Assembly: GCA_963706595.1 (NCBI GenBank)
Contig: OY970166.1
Span: 736,001 to 800,000 of the forward strand
Source of the DNA: an uncultured cyanobacterium
Lineage (GTDB): Bacteria > Cyanobacteriota > Cyanobacteriia > Cyanobacteriales > Nostocaceae
Direction: 5' to 3'
Length of the DNA stretch: 64,000 nt
Part shown: piece by piece, positions 30,247 to 40,970 of the stretch
Layout: each line of letters opens with the position of its first letter
Numbering within the stretch: position 1 is the stretch's first letter
Program-made: the position numbers and the translations under genes
Notes under the pieces: generated by a model
What the model saw: only the letters and a program-made list of their open reading frames with translations
What the model was told of the DNA's origin: nothing
Database searches by the model: none

Positions 30247-31155
30247 ATGACTCATTCACCATTTCAAAGACTTCTAAATCGTTCAGATTTTCAGCAAAAT
30301 CCATTAAAGGCCTTAATAAAGCGGCTTTGGTGGAGAGTGCGCTGGCAACTGACTGATCAACCCTACATAATTCCCTTTGCCGAAACTCTGAAAATTGTAA
30401 TTCCTAAAACTGGTTCTGGGGCTGCGATTTATTACCAGGAATTTTCAGAACCACAAACGGCTGATTTTTTCCTTCGGTTTCTTCGACCTGGCATGGTAAT
30501 TTTCGACATAGGTTCTCATATAGGTGAATACACCCTATTAGCAGCAAAAGTAGTTGGATCATCTGGTCAGATACATACCTTTGAACCTCAATCCCATTTG
30601 TTTCCAATTCTCAGTAAAAGTGTAGAGATGAATGGCTTTACTCAAGTTATTCTAAATTGTACTGCTGTCAGTGATCATGTTGGTGAAATTGAGTTTCAGG
30701 TTCTCAACGAACCCTCATTGTCATCAATTCGGAAACAGCTATTATCCGATCAATCAGCGAAAATTGTTTCTGTTGCCTGTACCTCTTTAGATGCTTACTG
30801 GCTAAATCAACAGCGTAAAATTGATCTGATTAAAGTAGATGTTGAAGGTGCTGAAAAATTTGTCTTTCAGGGAGGTATAAGGCTAATAAATTTACCTCCG
30901 CAGGAAGCACCAGTCTGGATTTTTGAGTACGCTCCAAACAGCTACGCGGACTTTGGTTATCAACCGGATGAAATTTTGCAATTACTCCAACAGCATGACT
31001 ACGAGGTTTATCAGTATTGTGGTGCAGGACAACTACATAGATTCAATCCAAATTCTAAGTTGCCAGATATTGTTAATTTAGTTGCCACTAAAGATCAGCC
31101 CTATCTACTTTCATTGTTAAAAAATACTAGCCAAAGTTTGCTGCCTGTTATATAA
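30247..31155 (+). CDS. FkbM-family methyltransferase
   Basis: FDIGSHIG, FEP and IKVDVEGAE. Confidence 0.92.
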   Translation: MTHSPFQRLLNRSDFQQNPLKALIKRLWWRVRWQLTDQPYIIPFAETLKIVIPKTGSGAAIYYQEFSEPQTADFFLRFLRPGMVIFDIGSHIGEYTLLAAKVVGSSGQIHTFEPQSHLFPILSKSVEMNGFTQVILNCTAVSDHVGEIEFQVLNEPSLSSIRKQLLSDQSAKIVSVACTSLDAYWLNQQRKIDLIKVDVEGAEKFVFQGGIRLINLPPQEAPVWIFEYAPNSYADFGYQPDEILQLLQQHDYEVYQYCGAGQLHRFNPNSKLPDIVNLVATKDQPYLLSLLKNTSQSLLPVI

Positions 31156-31229
31156 CCTGATGGCAAATCCAAAGAGATTTAGCACTGTAATTTTTAATTA
31201 CTATTCTCAACCAGAGGAGAAAAGAAATT

Positions 31230-32423
31230 GTGACAATCTCTTCCTTGCGCGTCTTATTTGTCAGTCACACCTATATTGTTGGTGTCAACCAGGGTAAGTT
31301 GAATGCGATAGCACAGATCAACAACATTGAAGTTGGTCTTTTGGCTCCAAGTAACTGGAAGGCTTTGGAATGGAATCGTCTCATTCCACTGGAAACACCC
31401 TACTCACATATCCGAACCTATTCTGCTCCCGTATTATTTAGCGGGCGTGGAGGCGCACATATCTATGCTCCTTGGACACTGTGGCAGGTACTCAATGATT
31501 TTCGTCCTGATATTGTCCAGGTGGAGGAAGAAGTCTTTTCCCTATGTGCATTTGAGTTGGCCATCTGGAGCCGAATGACAGGTAAACCCCTGACTATTTT
31601 TGGTTGGGAAAATATTGACCGCCGCCTGTCCTTCCTCCGTCGCTGGACTTGTCAGTTTGTCCTCAATACTGCCAGTCTTGTGCTTCCAGGGAATCAGGAT
31701 GGGGCAGAAATTATGCGCCGTTGGGGTTACATGGGTTTGTTGGAAGTAATGCCGCAAATGGGCGTTGATCCTCAATTGTTCGCACCCCGTCCACAAAAAG
31801 CAGGCGATAGCGTTCGCGTAAGCGTGTCCCCTTGGGACTCAGCGCTGCTGCAAGCAGTTCGCCCGTTTCAAATTGGGTTTCTGGGACGGTTAATCCACAG
31901 TAAGGGAATTGATCTGATTTTTGCAGCTGCTCACCAGTTGCGCGAACAGGGCTTCAACTTCCGCATCTTCATTTGCGGCTCTGGTTCAAGAGAAGCAGAA
32001 CTCAGACAGATATCCCAGGAGCAAGGAGTAGCAGATTGGGTGATCTGGCGAGGAGCAGTTCCTCATCACCAAGTCCCCGCAGAACTCAGGCAATTTGATG
32101 TATTGGTATTACCTTCTCGCTCAACCCCAACTTGGAAGGAACAGTTTGGTCATGTGCTGATAGAAGCTATGTCTATGGGAACTCCTGTAATAGGCTCAAA
32201 TTCAGGTGAGATTCCCAATGTAATTGGTCGTTCTGATTTGATATTCCCAGAAGAAGATCACAGTGCCTTAGCTGATATCCTGGCAAGACTAATCAACGAC
32301 GCTGAATCGAGACAAGAAACTGCACTCTATGGTATGGCGCGAGTACACCAACTTTACACCCATGAAAAAATTTCCCATAGATTAATCTCTTTATGGCACA
32401 CGATTCTCCTCCAATCTTCTTAA
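31230..32423 (+). CDS. Glycosyltransferase family 4, with a 17-codon in-frame repeat insertion
   Basis: GRLIHSKG and WKEQFGHVLIEAM; insertion 31808-31858 splits a HIP1 site. Confidence 0.9.
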   Translation: MTISSLRVLFVSHTYIVGVNQGKLNAIAQINNIEVGLLAPSNWKALEWNRLIPLETPYSHIRTYSAPVLFSGRGGAHIYAPWTLWQVLNDFRPDIVQVEEEVFSLCAFELAIWSRMTGKPLTIFGWENIDRRLSFLRRWTCQFVLNTASLVLPGNQDGAEIMRRWGYMGLLEVMPQMGVDPQLFAPRPQKAGDSVRVSVSPWDSALLQAVRPFQIGFLGRLIHSKGIDLIFAAAHQLREQGFNFRIFICGSGSREAELRQISQEQGVADWVIWRGAVPHHQVPAELRQFDVLVLPSRSTPTWKEQFGHVLIEAMSMGTPVIGSNSGEIPNVIGRSDLIFPEEDHSALADILARLINDAESRQETALYGMARVHQLYTHEKISHRLISLWHTILLQSS

Positions 32424-32493
32424 TAAGGTAATGAAGAATTAATAGGAATTCATAAGTTTCAGAGAAATCTTAGTTTATAAAATTAGAAAATAT

Positions 32494-33294
32494 ATGCTTT
32501 GCGAACAAAAATGCAACAGTCAAGATGTGGCCGCCGTCATCACCGCAATGACTGATCGTGAACAACCCTTTCTGCGCGATACTGTGGAAGCGGTAATTTC
32601 AGATTTTAGTATTGCTCAAGTCATTCTTTGCATTGAAGAGAAGAATAATTGGTTAGAGACAACACTGGGTTCTTTAATCGCAGATCCACGATTAGAAATT
32701 GCTCGGATGCCACTAGCCCCTCCAGGAGCAGTTCGCAATCAAGCTTTAAAGTATGTACAAATGAAATGGGTAGCATACTGTGACGGTGACGATGTTTGGT
32801 GTCAGGAAAAAACACTGATTCAACGTACGTATGCAAATAACTTAGGATGCGATTTCGTCGGTGCTGACCACTACCTGACAAACGAAAAAGGCAGCATACG
32901 GGCATTTGCTATGGCACGCTATCTTCCCATGCCCTCATCGTGGATGGTACGAACTGAAACTATGAAACAGCATCCATTCAACGAATCGCTTGATCAAGGG
33001 TCAGATGGTGAGTGGTGGGTTCGTACCACTGGTATCGTTCACAAAGTAAGATGCCCAGAAATGCTTTTACGTTATCGTATTCGCTCAAATAGTGTCAGTG
33101 CAAATACCCCATCCATGAGAGGAAAGGCAAAAATTGTCACTTTAGCAAACATACCTGGACTTGGGGCAATAATTTTCTTTGTCACTTGGTTTATTTGGCT
33201 ATTCACTCGGAAGAAGACATACATCTGGTATAGAGGCTGGGGTCAGCAACCTTACAACAACACCGATCAGGAAATGAGAAATCAATGCGGGTAA
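32494..33294 (+). CDS. Glycosyltransferase family 2 (GT-A)
   Basis: GAVRN and YCDGDD (DxD) motifs. Confidence 0.85.
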   Translation: MLCEQKCNSQDVAAVITAMTDREQPFLRDTVEAVISDFSIAQVILCIEEKNNWLETTLGSLIADPRLEIARMPLAPPGAVRNQALKYVQMKWVAYCDGDDVWCQEKTLIQRTYANNLGCDFVGADHYLTNEKGSIRAFAMARYLPMPSSWMVRTETMKQHPFNESLDQGSDGEWWVRTTGIVHKVRCPEMLLRYRIRSNSVSANTPSMRGKAKIVTLANIPGLGAIIFFVTWFIWLFTRKKTYIWYRGWGQQPYNNTDQEMRNQCG

Positions 33295-34400
33295 TGATTG
33301 TGCGACGAGTACCAGAATCTACGTTTAGTCTAGAAGTCTATGCTGACAATCTAGTGGCAGGATTAAGGAAGGTGCGACCAAATTGGGAAATTGCCGAAAT
33401 TGCTCCTATTCCCTGGAATAGCTCGGATAAACTCTATCTATCAGGCTTGGGTATTAAAAAATACTATGAAACTTTTTGGAGGCATCCTCGCGCTGTGTCT
33501 CGATTAGAGGCAGATATTTTTCATGTGCTTGACCAAAGCGATGCTCATATCGTTTATGGATTATATAGAGCTAATAAGCCCGTAGTTGTCACATGTCATG
33601 ACTTGGTGCAGTTCATCTATCCAGAAATTCTGCAAGATCAGTCACGGATTCCGGCATTGAGTATGGCTATGTGGAAATACTCAGTAGGTGGTATGGAAAA
33701 AGCAAATCATGTAATTGCTGTTTCTAGCAATACGGCTGAAGATGTCACCCGTATTTTAGAGATTAAGCCAGGGCAAACCACTGTTGTCCCCAATGGGATA
33801 AATTCAGAATTTCGAGTGCTACCTACTTCAGAGGTGGCCGAGATTCGTAAGCAATATACGCTATCTCCTGACACTTTTTGCTTGCTGAATGTGGGTAGCA
33901 CCCACCAACGCAAAAACCTTTTGGCAGTCCTGCAAGTATTAAAAAATTTAAAAGGTCAGGGATTTCCAATATGTCTATGGCGAATAGGAGATAAATTTAC
34001 GCGGGAGCAGAAAGCTTTTATTCAAGCGCACGATCTGGAATCATATATCTTCGATTTCGGTAATCCTGACAAAGCTCGTCTAGTGCAAATTTACAATGCT
34101 GCTGACGTACTTTTAGCTCCCTCTTTATATGAAGGATTCGGATTGACAATTGTGGAAGCAATGGCGTGTGGCACTCCTGTAATTACTTCTAATGTTTCAT
34201 CTTTGCCAGAAGTGGTAGGAGATGCGGGGATACTGATCGATCCCAATTCTTGGCAAGCGATCGCGGATGCAGTTATTGAGCTTTATAAAAACCCCACTCT
34301 TTATAACAACTTAATTGAGAAAGGACTTGCCAGAGTCCAGTTTTTTTCCTGGGAAAATACAGCAGAACAGGTGGCAACTATTTATGAAAAACTTTTGTAA
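33285..34400 (+). CDS. Glycosyltransferase family 4
   Basis: TCHDL, RKN and [20 protein letters not shown]. Confidence 0.93.
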   Translation: MRVMIVRRVPESTFSLEVYADNLVAGLRKVRPNWEIAEIAPIPWNSSDKLYLSGLGIKKYYETFWRHPRAVSRLEADIFHVLDQSDAHIVYGLYRANKPVVVTCHDLVQFIYPEILQDQSRIPALSMAMWKYSVGGMEKANHVIAVSSNTAEDVTRILEIKPGQTTVVPNGINSEFRVLPTSEVAEIRKQYTLSPDTFCLLNVGSTHQRKNLLAVLQVLKNLKGQGFPICLWRIGDKFTREQKAFIQAHDLESYIFDFGNPDKARLVQIYNAADVLLAPSLYEGFGLTIVEAMACGTPVITSNVSSLPEVVGDAGILIDPNSWQAIADAVIELYKNPTLYNNLIEKGLARVQFFSWENTAEQVATIYEKLL

Positions 34401-34507
34401 CCTCTAGGAATTATAAATAATTTCTGTTCTCTATCCCATTCAGATTTTTGTCTTGTATCAAACTGAAAAACGCTATATACATTCTCCAATCATGCAATAG
34501 GTAAATT

Positions 34508-35899
34508 ATGTATTTGCATAAACCTACAAGGAAGAAACCGAATAAGAAGGGATGGATTGATAGCACAACCTTAATTATCTTTGCCTTTTCTGGAGTTTTT
34601 TACTCCCGAATCTTTTGTTCAATTACTCGTGCGCCCTCCATCCTTAACCTTGCTCACTTCGCAATTGTCCCATTTGTTTTGGGGGTTGTATTATTGACAA
34701 CTCGATCCAAAGATCGCAAACAGATTGCAATTGCATATTCTTTTTTGTTGGGACTTTTCATTTTTCTAGTAACCGTGTTGGCTAGTGCATTATGGAATAA
34801 CACAGGCTTGATTAATGCAATTGTCTCTTTCATAATGCTGGGGGAACCCTTCATATTCCTGCTAGCCATAGTCTGTATTCCTATGTCTTCTGAATCTATT
34901 ACACGAATTAAAAAATGGCTGTTCTGGTCTGCTTTGATTAATTTTGTCCTCGCTGCTTTCCAGAAACCTTTAATTGATGCAGGCAAACTTTATGCTAACG
35001 GCTTCGATGGAACCGATGGATGCGGCGGAGTCTTTTTCGTATCAGGAGCTGGCAATTATTTATCAGCTTCGGTATCAGTTGCCTTTGCTCTATACTTTTT
35101 CACTAATGAAAAGACTTTTCCCCTATGGAGTAGAATTTTGGCACTTATCGCCGCTTTCTGGCACGTTCTATTTTCTGATTCCAAACAACTTCTGCTGGCG
35201 TATCTGATTGCTTGGGGTCTTCTAATCATAGTCAATTCAAAGGATATTGGTAAAACTATCAAATTTTTGAGTGCGATCGCTATCTTCGGATACGGATTTT
35301 ATTGGTGTGCATATAACCTGGAAGCGTTTATCGCATTTACAGCCTGGGCGCGACCGGAACTTTACGGACCAGATGGTGCAGCTTGGTATACCAAATTTTA
35401 CTCCGTGCGTGCGATCGCATCTTATTATGAATCCTCTCTCAATTGGTTGTTTGGTCTCGGTCCAGGACATACTGTCAGCCGCTTAGGAGCGTGGTTTCTG
35501 AAAGATTATTGGTCTATCCTCGGACCACTAGGCGCTACCACCACTTCCATTGGTCAAGAAGCAATGGACTTTGTGAATAGTTTTTGGCTTGCTTATAGTT
35601 CGAGTCTCTTCAGCCCTATTTTTGGCTGGGCTGGAATCTGGGGAGATTTAGGACTTGTGGGTTTAGGAGCATACTTATTTCTATGCTATTTAACCTGGCA
35701 AAACTTTGGTCTAGATGATTCCTTGAAAATCACCATGCTAACTGTTCTCGTCCTCGGTTTCATATTTACTCAAATGGAAGAACCGGGCTTCATGCTTTTC
35801 ATCGTCTTTATGCTAGGGATACCTTGGCAAGAACGACGACTGAAGAAACAGATACAAGAAGCTACTAGAACAGCACACCGACAATTGGGAAGAGTCTAA
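34508..35899 (+). CDS. Polytopic membrane protein, probable Wzy/O-antigen ligase-like polymerase
   Basis: About 10-12 hydrophobic segments, LFGLGPG and GDLGLVGL motifs, polysaccharide cluster context. Confidence 0.7.
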   Translation: MYLHKPTRKKPNKKGWIDSTTLIIFAFSGVFYSRIFCSITRAPSILNLAHFAIVPFVLGVVLLTTRSKDRKQIAIAYSFLLGLFIFLVTVLASALWNNTGLINAIVSFIMLGEPFIFLLAIVCIPMSSESITRIKKWLFWSALINFVLAAFQKPLIDAGKLYANGFDGTDGCGGVFFVSGAGNYLSASVSVAFALYFFTNEKTFPLWSRILALIAAFWHVLFSDSKQLLLAYLIAWGLLIIVNSKDIGKTIKFLSAIAIFGYGFYWCAYNLEAFIAFTAWARPELYGPDGAAWYTKFYSVRAIASYYESSLNWLFGLGPGHTVSRLGAWFLKDYWSILGPLGATTTSIGQEAMDFVNSFWLAYSSSLFSPIFGWAGIWGDLGLVGLGAYLFLCYLTWQNFGLDDSLKITMLTVLVLGFIFTQMEEPGFMLFIVFMLGIPWQERRLKKQIQEATRTAHRQLGRV

Positions 35900-36201
35900 A
35901 AGCGATCGCAAAAACTCAATATTCCACAAGATAACTTTAACAACTGAGCTAATGTCCAAAACTACGGTACTAATCTCAACAACGGACTAAACGGCACCGC
36001 AAGCATATTGTTTACTTAACTCCAATACCTACTTACTACAAATATAGCGATCCGACATAAGATGCGAACATTTCTCTTTTTTCTCTTCCTCTGTGATCTC
36101 CGTGTCTGGAGTGGTATGGCTAACGCCACGCTCCGCGTTAGCGGAGCGCTTTAGCGATACGTTACAAAAAATCCCGTTCAAAACTCAAATAGGAGTCCTA
36201 T

Positions 36202-37464
36202 ATGAAAATTTTAATGTCTGCTTACTCCTGCGAACCAGGTATGGGTTCTGAACCTGGTGTGGGTTGGAATATTGCCAGAGAAGCCGCTAAATACCATGAA
36301 GTCTGGGTACTTACCCGACCCGATGAGAGTCAAGATATCATCAAGACAGAACTGGCACGCAACCCCATCCCAAATCTTCACTTCGTTTATTTTACCCTTC
36401 CCTTTTGGGCGGATAGCAGACGATGGGGACAGTCTGGGGGAATGCAACTTCACTATTACCTCTGGCAAATTCAGGCATACTTTGTCGCCCGTAGCTTGCA
36501 TCAAAAAATTGACTTTGACTTGATGCACCATGTCACTTTTGTCAAGTATTCCAATCCTTGCTTCCTGTCACTGCTACCAATTCCCCTAGTTTGGGGTCCA
36601 GTAGGCGGTGGAGAATCTGCACCAGCAAGCTTTTGGCAAGATTTTAGCGTCAAGGGCAAAATTTACGAAATAGCCCGTAGCGGCGCTCGCTGGTTGGGAG
36701 AGCAAGACCCATTTGTACGTATTACTGCTCAAAGAAGTGCTGTAGTCCGAGCCACAACTAAAGATACAGCTCAGTGCCTCTATAAGATGGGCGCGAATCA
36801 TGTGCAGATTTTGCCTGAATCCGGGTTATCAGCAGAAGATATAGAGGAGCTAGAACAATATGAACTACCTAATGAGCCAATAGTGAGATTTATCAGCATG
36901 GGTAGACTTTTGCACTGGAAAGGCTTTCACTTAGGATTGCGTGCCTTCGCTCAAGCGAATCTACCTAATACAGATTACTGGGTAGTAGGAGATGGACCTG
37001 AATTGCAACAACTTCAAACTTTGACATCGGATTTAGGAATTGCTGAGAAAGTTAAATTTTGGGGCAAGTTACCTCGTGAGAAAGCTTTAAATTTATTGAG
37101 GAATTGCCATGTCCTAGTTCATCCCAGTTTACATGATTCTGGAGGGTGGGTGTGCATGGAAGCTATGGCAGCAGGTCGTCCCATCATCTGTCTAGATTTA
37201 GGAGGACCTGCTATTCAAGTTACAGACGAAACTGGCTTTAAAATTACCGCTCATGAACCATATCAAGCTGTACGTGACCTAGCGGCCGCAATGATTCATT
37301 TAGTTAAAAACCCAGAACTGAAAATCAGTATGGGTCAAGCCGGTCGGAAATTAGTAAATGAAAACTACAGTTGGCAAATAGTAGGAGAGCGTCTCAACAA
37401 ACTGTATCTAGAGATTGCTAGTAGGAAAGTCTCGGAGACTGACGTTATATCTCAAATTTTGTGA
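36202..37464 (+). CDS. Glycosyltransferase family 4
   Basis: GRLLHWKG and HPSLHDSGGWVCMEAMAAGRP. Confidence 0.92.
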   Translation: MKILMSAYSCEPGMGSEPGVGWNIAREAAKYHEVWVLTRPDESQDIIKTELARNPIPNLHFVYFTLPFWADSRRWGQSGGMQLHYYLWQIQAYFVARSLHQKIDFDLMHHVTFVKYSNPCFLSLLPIPLVWGPVGGGESAPASFWQDFSVKGKIYEIARSGARWLGEQDPFVRITAQRSAVVRATTKDTAQCLYKMGANHVQILPESGLSAEDIEELEQYELPNEPIVRFISMGRLLHWKGFHLGLRAFAQANLPNTDYWVVGDGPELQQLQTLTSDLGIAEKVKFWGKLPREKALNLLRNCHVLVHPSLHDSGGWVCMEAMAAGRPIICLDLGGPAIQVTDETGFKITAHEPYQAVRDLAAAMIHLVKNPELKISMGQAGRKLVNENYSWQIVGERLNKLYLEIASRKVSETDVISQIL

Positions 37465-37530
37465 ACCTGCTTTCAACTCATTAGTTTTTGCACGTTTCAT
37501 CATCTGTAACACATAAGAACAGTAACCAAT

Positions 37531-38676
37531 ATGCATATACTAATTGCTGCTTTACACAGACCTGCAAAACCTACTGGTGTTTGCCGACACGCTGCAAATC
37601 TTGCTCAATGTCTGGCTGATACTCAAGAGGTAAGCAAAGTGACCTTAATTGTCGGAGCATGGCAGACGCATTACTTTGAACAATTTTTTTATTCAAAAAA
37701 AATTCAGTTAATTAGTGTAGATATTAAAAATAGTTCGTTAGCAAGAAATATCTGGTTTTTATTTGGCTTACCAAAATTGGTAAAGCGTCTTAGTCCTGAT
37801 ATAGTTCATATGTCTTTTCCTTTTCCTTTCCTACGATCGCTTTTTTCATCTCCTGTTGTTTCTACAATCCATGATTTGTATCCCTATGAAAAACCAGAGG
37901 TTTTTGGATATCCAAATGTGATCTTTAATCGTTTGTTTTTAAAACAATGTATAGAAAATAGTGACGGTCTTACCTGTGTTTCTCAATCTACACTAAGTAG
38001 CCTGAATTCATACTTTCCAAATCTTAAATCATGCAAAGAAATTACAGCTATTTATAATTATGTCGATTTTAGTCATATTGCTCCTCAGCTACCAGTTGGT
38101 TTAAATATTGGCGACAATGATTCTTTTTTGTTATGTGTCGCCCAACACCGTAAAAACAAAAACATAGATTTGTTGCTTCACACATTTTCTTCTCTCAAGA
38201 AAAATGGGTGTTTGCCAGATGCCACTAAGCTAATTATTGTGGGTAATACAGGACCAGAAACAGAGCTTTTATTCAATCTAATTCATAATCTTTTTCTTCA
38301 GGATCAAGTCCTGCTAATTCATACCATCCAGGACAATGAATTATGTTGGTTATATCAAAAATGTGAACTTTTTATTGCTGCTTCATCTCAGGAAGGATTT
38401 TGTTTACCATTAGCAGAGGCTATATATTTTTCATGTCAGGTAGTTTGTTCTGATATTCCGATATTTAGAGAAATTGCTGGTTCTAGCTGTTGTTATTTTG
38501 ATCTTCAATATGATGCTGTCAAAAATCTCTCAGAATCCATTGTTTTTGCTTTAGAACAACCCCTGAATAAAACTACTGATGATTTTCGTTTTTCAAAATT
38601 AGAAGTAGCACATCAATATCTAAAATTTTACTCTACATTCACCTGTATCAGTCAGTCAAGCGCAGAAATATTATAA
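37531..38676 (+). CDS. Glycosyltransferase family 4
   Basis: TIHDL, KNKN, EGFCLPLAEA and SDIPIFREI. Confidence 0.9.
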   Translation: MHILIAALHRPAKPTGVCRHAANLAQCLADTQEVSKVTLIVGAWQTHYFEQFFYSKKIQLISVDIKNSSLARNIWFLFGLPKLVKRLSPDIVHMSFPFPFLRSLFSSPVVSTIHDLYPYEKPEVFGYPNVIFNRLFLKQCIENSDGLTCVSQSTLSSLNSYFPNLKSCKEITAIYNYVDFSHIAPQLPVGLNIGDNDSFLLCVAQHRKNKNIDLLLHTFSSLKKNGCLPDATKLIIVGNTGPETELLFNLIHNLFLQDQVLLIHTIQDNELCWLYQKCELFIAASSQEGFCLPLAEAIYFSCQVVCSDIPIFREIAGSSCCYFDLQYDAVKNLSESIVFALEQPLNKTTDDFRFSKLEVAHQYLKFYSTFTCISQSSAEIL

Positions 38677-38750
38677 CTGATGCAAAGTAGCTTTCAGAAG
38701 CCAGAAGTTTGAAATCAAAGTAGCCTTGTATCAAATTACGGTATTGACTC

Positions 38751-39881
38751 ATGGATAAAATTGTGAATAAGCAAAGGTTTTTAGGTGTTGATTTATGCCG
38801 GGGAATTGCAGCTTTTGCAGTTATTCTTGTGCATTCAGGTGATGAAACTTGGGGTATTCCTGTAAGTGACGGAGCATTACAGTTTAGATTATTATTTTAT
38901 TTCGCTGTCCCATTCTTTCTGGCGACATCTTTCTTCTTTATTACCCGCAATCTTAGTGGAAATGTTAATTTAGATTTTTTAATAGTAAAACTTAAACGTA
39001 TCTTTATACCCTACAGTTTTTGGAGCATATTTTATCTATTTCTTGGAACATTTTTTTTCTCTTTTACTAATCAATATGATAGGCTAAATCAGTTGTTTCA
39101 AGATCCACTCTCAATTGTTTTTTTCGGTGGTGCATCGTATCATCTCTATTTCTTACCCCTTTTATTTTCAGGAAGTTTATTTTTTTTATTACTAAATAAT
39201 TTAGTAAAATACAGAACTAAAATTAAAATGATAATGGCTTTATTTGTTATTAGTATTATTATTAATGAGGTAATGGCATTATCGGGAAATTTATTCCAGT
39301 TAAATCCTAATCTGGCATTTTCTAGCTTATTAAACTTGCTCGATGCTAATGTAATATACTATCCATTAGTTAGATTTTTACTTGTTCAGCTTGCATGGAT
39401 TTTGAATTGTCTCCCTTACTTTTGTCTGGCTATAATTTTGAACCATCTGCTCTTAAGAACCAAACCATCTGTATTCAAAAATAGGGGTATATTTCTCTTG
39501 TTTTTATCTATATTTATTTCGGTTAATTTTTTGAGGGAAACACTGATTTTTACTGAATTAACCAATATCGTTATTGCTTTCTCTTTGTTGCTTGCCGGTA
39601 TCTGTTTGTCAAGTCATTTAAAAGAAAGTAAAATCATTAAAAATTTAGGTAATTGTTCATTTGGAATTTACTTAATTCATCCTATTGTCAAAAAAACAAC
39701 TGGAATTATTTTGGCTTTTGCTGTTCCTCAAGTGACCTCTCAAATCACCGTTGTTTCTATGCTATGCCTTTCTATACCAAGTTTTTTAGCAAGTTGGTTA
39801 GTTGTATCGCTGTTGATGAAAAACAAACAGCTTGCTAAGTATATCTTTGGTAACAATACTGTAGCCAAGAAAAGAATATAA
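38751..39881 (+). CDS. Acyltransferase family 3 (membrane O-acyltransferase)
   Basis: DLCRGIAAFAVILVH, AVPFF, HLYFLP and SFGIYLIHP. Confidence 0.9.
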   Translation: MDKIVNKQRFLGVDLCRGIAAFAVILVHSGDETWGIPVSDGALQFRLLFYFAVPFFLATSFFFITRNLSGNVNLDFLIVKLKRIFIPYSFWSIFYLFLGTFFFSFTNQYDRLNQLFQDPLSIVFFGGASYHLYFLPLLFSGSLFFLLLNNLVKYRTKIKMIMALFVISIIINEVMALSGNLFQLNPNLAFSSLLNLLDANVIYYPLVRFLLVQLAWILNCLPYFCLAIILNHLLLRTKPSVFKNRGIFLLFLSIFISVNFLRETLIFTELTNIVIAFSLLLAGICLSSHLKESKIIKNLGNCSFGIYLIHPIVKKTTGIILAFAVPQVTSQITVVSMLCLSIPSFLASWLVVSLLMKNKQLAKYIFGNNTVAKKRI

Positions 39882-39914
39882 AAAGAGGGCTGATGTAGTA
39901 GATTTATAGTCTTC
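39853..39914 (+). repeat. 62-bp inverted partner of 17853-17914 (probable IS4-like end)
   Basis: 58 of 62 positions match the reverse complement of 17853-17914 (manual alignment). Confidence 0.9.
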
Positions 39915-40124
39915 TGTTCTTCATTAAAAGTTGGTTTTCTTCCCCTGGCTGTTTGATTATATAATCCTAATAATCTTTGCTCTTCCCAATTATTCATCCA
40001 GTTATATATGGTTCTCCTACTGAATTGAAAGAAATCAATCAGTTCAGAAAATTTTACTCCTTCATAGCTTAACAAAATACAATGCGCTCTTTGTCTAACT
40101 TGATAATGTCTACTTTGCTTGTAA
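39915..40124 (-). mobile_element. IS630-family HTH (orfA) fragment
   Basis: RQRAHCILLS...SRRTIYNW...GRKP, truncated on both sides. Confidence 0.75.
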
Positions 40125-40421
40125 CCCACATTCCGCACCTTCAACTGTCACAAGCGGTAATTACTGAAAGAAAAATGTAAATAAAGAATAAAATCAGACA
40201 TTTGTAGGGAGAAAAGATTTTGACCAGTCATTAATCTGACAAAATAGCATCAGAATGTATTGTCAATAAGGAGCAATAAAAATGAGAACTAAATTTATGA
40301 TGATTTGATAGATAAATATCTATGCTAAATCTCTAAATTCGCAATTTTACTAATATATACAAGCGACAAACCTAGATTTTAAACATATTAATTGACAACT
40401 AACTGTTACATCAATTAGCCC
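40125..40421 (-). mobile_element. IS1634-family right end
   Basis: Near-identical to the reverse complement of 57292-57588; TIR CCCACATTCCGCACCTTCAACTGTCACA. Confidence 0.85.
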
Positions 40422-40450
40422 GGTAATCAAAACTCAAATAACTAAGCCCC

Positions 40451-40625
40451 CACAGCATACCCCAGTCATTATTAGAAAACACCAATCAAACCTTTCTCAC
40501 TCCCCATATTGGGTCTGCCGTTGATGAATCTACGGCGGAACATTGCCCTAGAAGCCGCCCAAAATATTCTGCAAGCCCTGCAAGGTCAAAAGCCACAGGG
40601 AGCAGTTAATTGTCTTAAGGACTAG
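40451..40625 (+). pseudogene. ptxD: 3' remnant of a phosphite dehydrogenase-like gene
   Basis: Reads IPQSLLENTNQTFLTPHIGSAVDE, then after a frameshift LRRNIALEAAQNILQALQGQKPQGAVN. This is a D-2-hydroxyacid dehydrogenase C-terminus of PtxD type, next to phnCDE. Confidence 0.7.
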
Positions 40626-40715
40626 TACCGCCGTAAAGTAAAAAATCAAAAAGCTGATTATAGCGGTTTTTCATTGATTTTGAATAGTCTATATATTTAC
40701 GCCGACTTGTACTAG
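40622..40715. mobile_element. CTAG-flanked MITE; related copies at 46827-46916 and 53503-53560
   Basis: CTAGTAC...ATTTACGCCGACTTGTACTAG is shared among the copies (degenerate in the third). Confidence 0.7.
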
Positions 40716-40879
40716 TCTGCCAAATCTTCAATAAACTTTATGTCTCTATATATGCCGATGGGGAATTAAGCAATTCTTCAAGGATTGTAAAACCAGTGGT
40801 TATAATCTAGAAGATACTAAAGTAAATAAGACTCGATTTTTAGCTTTAGATAAGGGGATGGGGAATTCCGCAAAAGAGG

Positions 40880-40920
40880 TTAAACATGAATTTATCCTTT
40901 GCTTAATTATTTCTTAACCA
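40880..40920 (+). promoter_or_regulatory. Pho-box-like (SphR/PhoB) tandem repeats upstream of phnC
   Basis: TTAAACAT, TTTATCCT, CTTAATTA and CTTAACCA at 11-bp spacing, matching the cyanobacterial PyTTAAPyPyW pattern. Confidence 0.65.
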
Positions 40921-40970
40921 AATAATGCTAATTTTATAAATTGAGCAGGTGTTAAAGAACAACAAGTACA

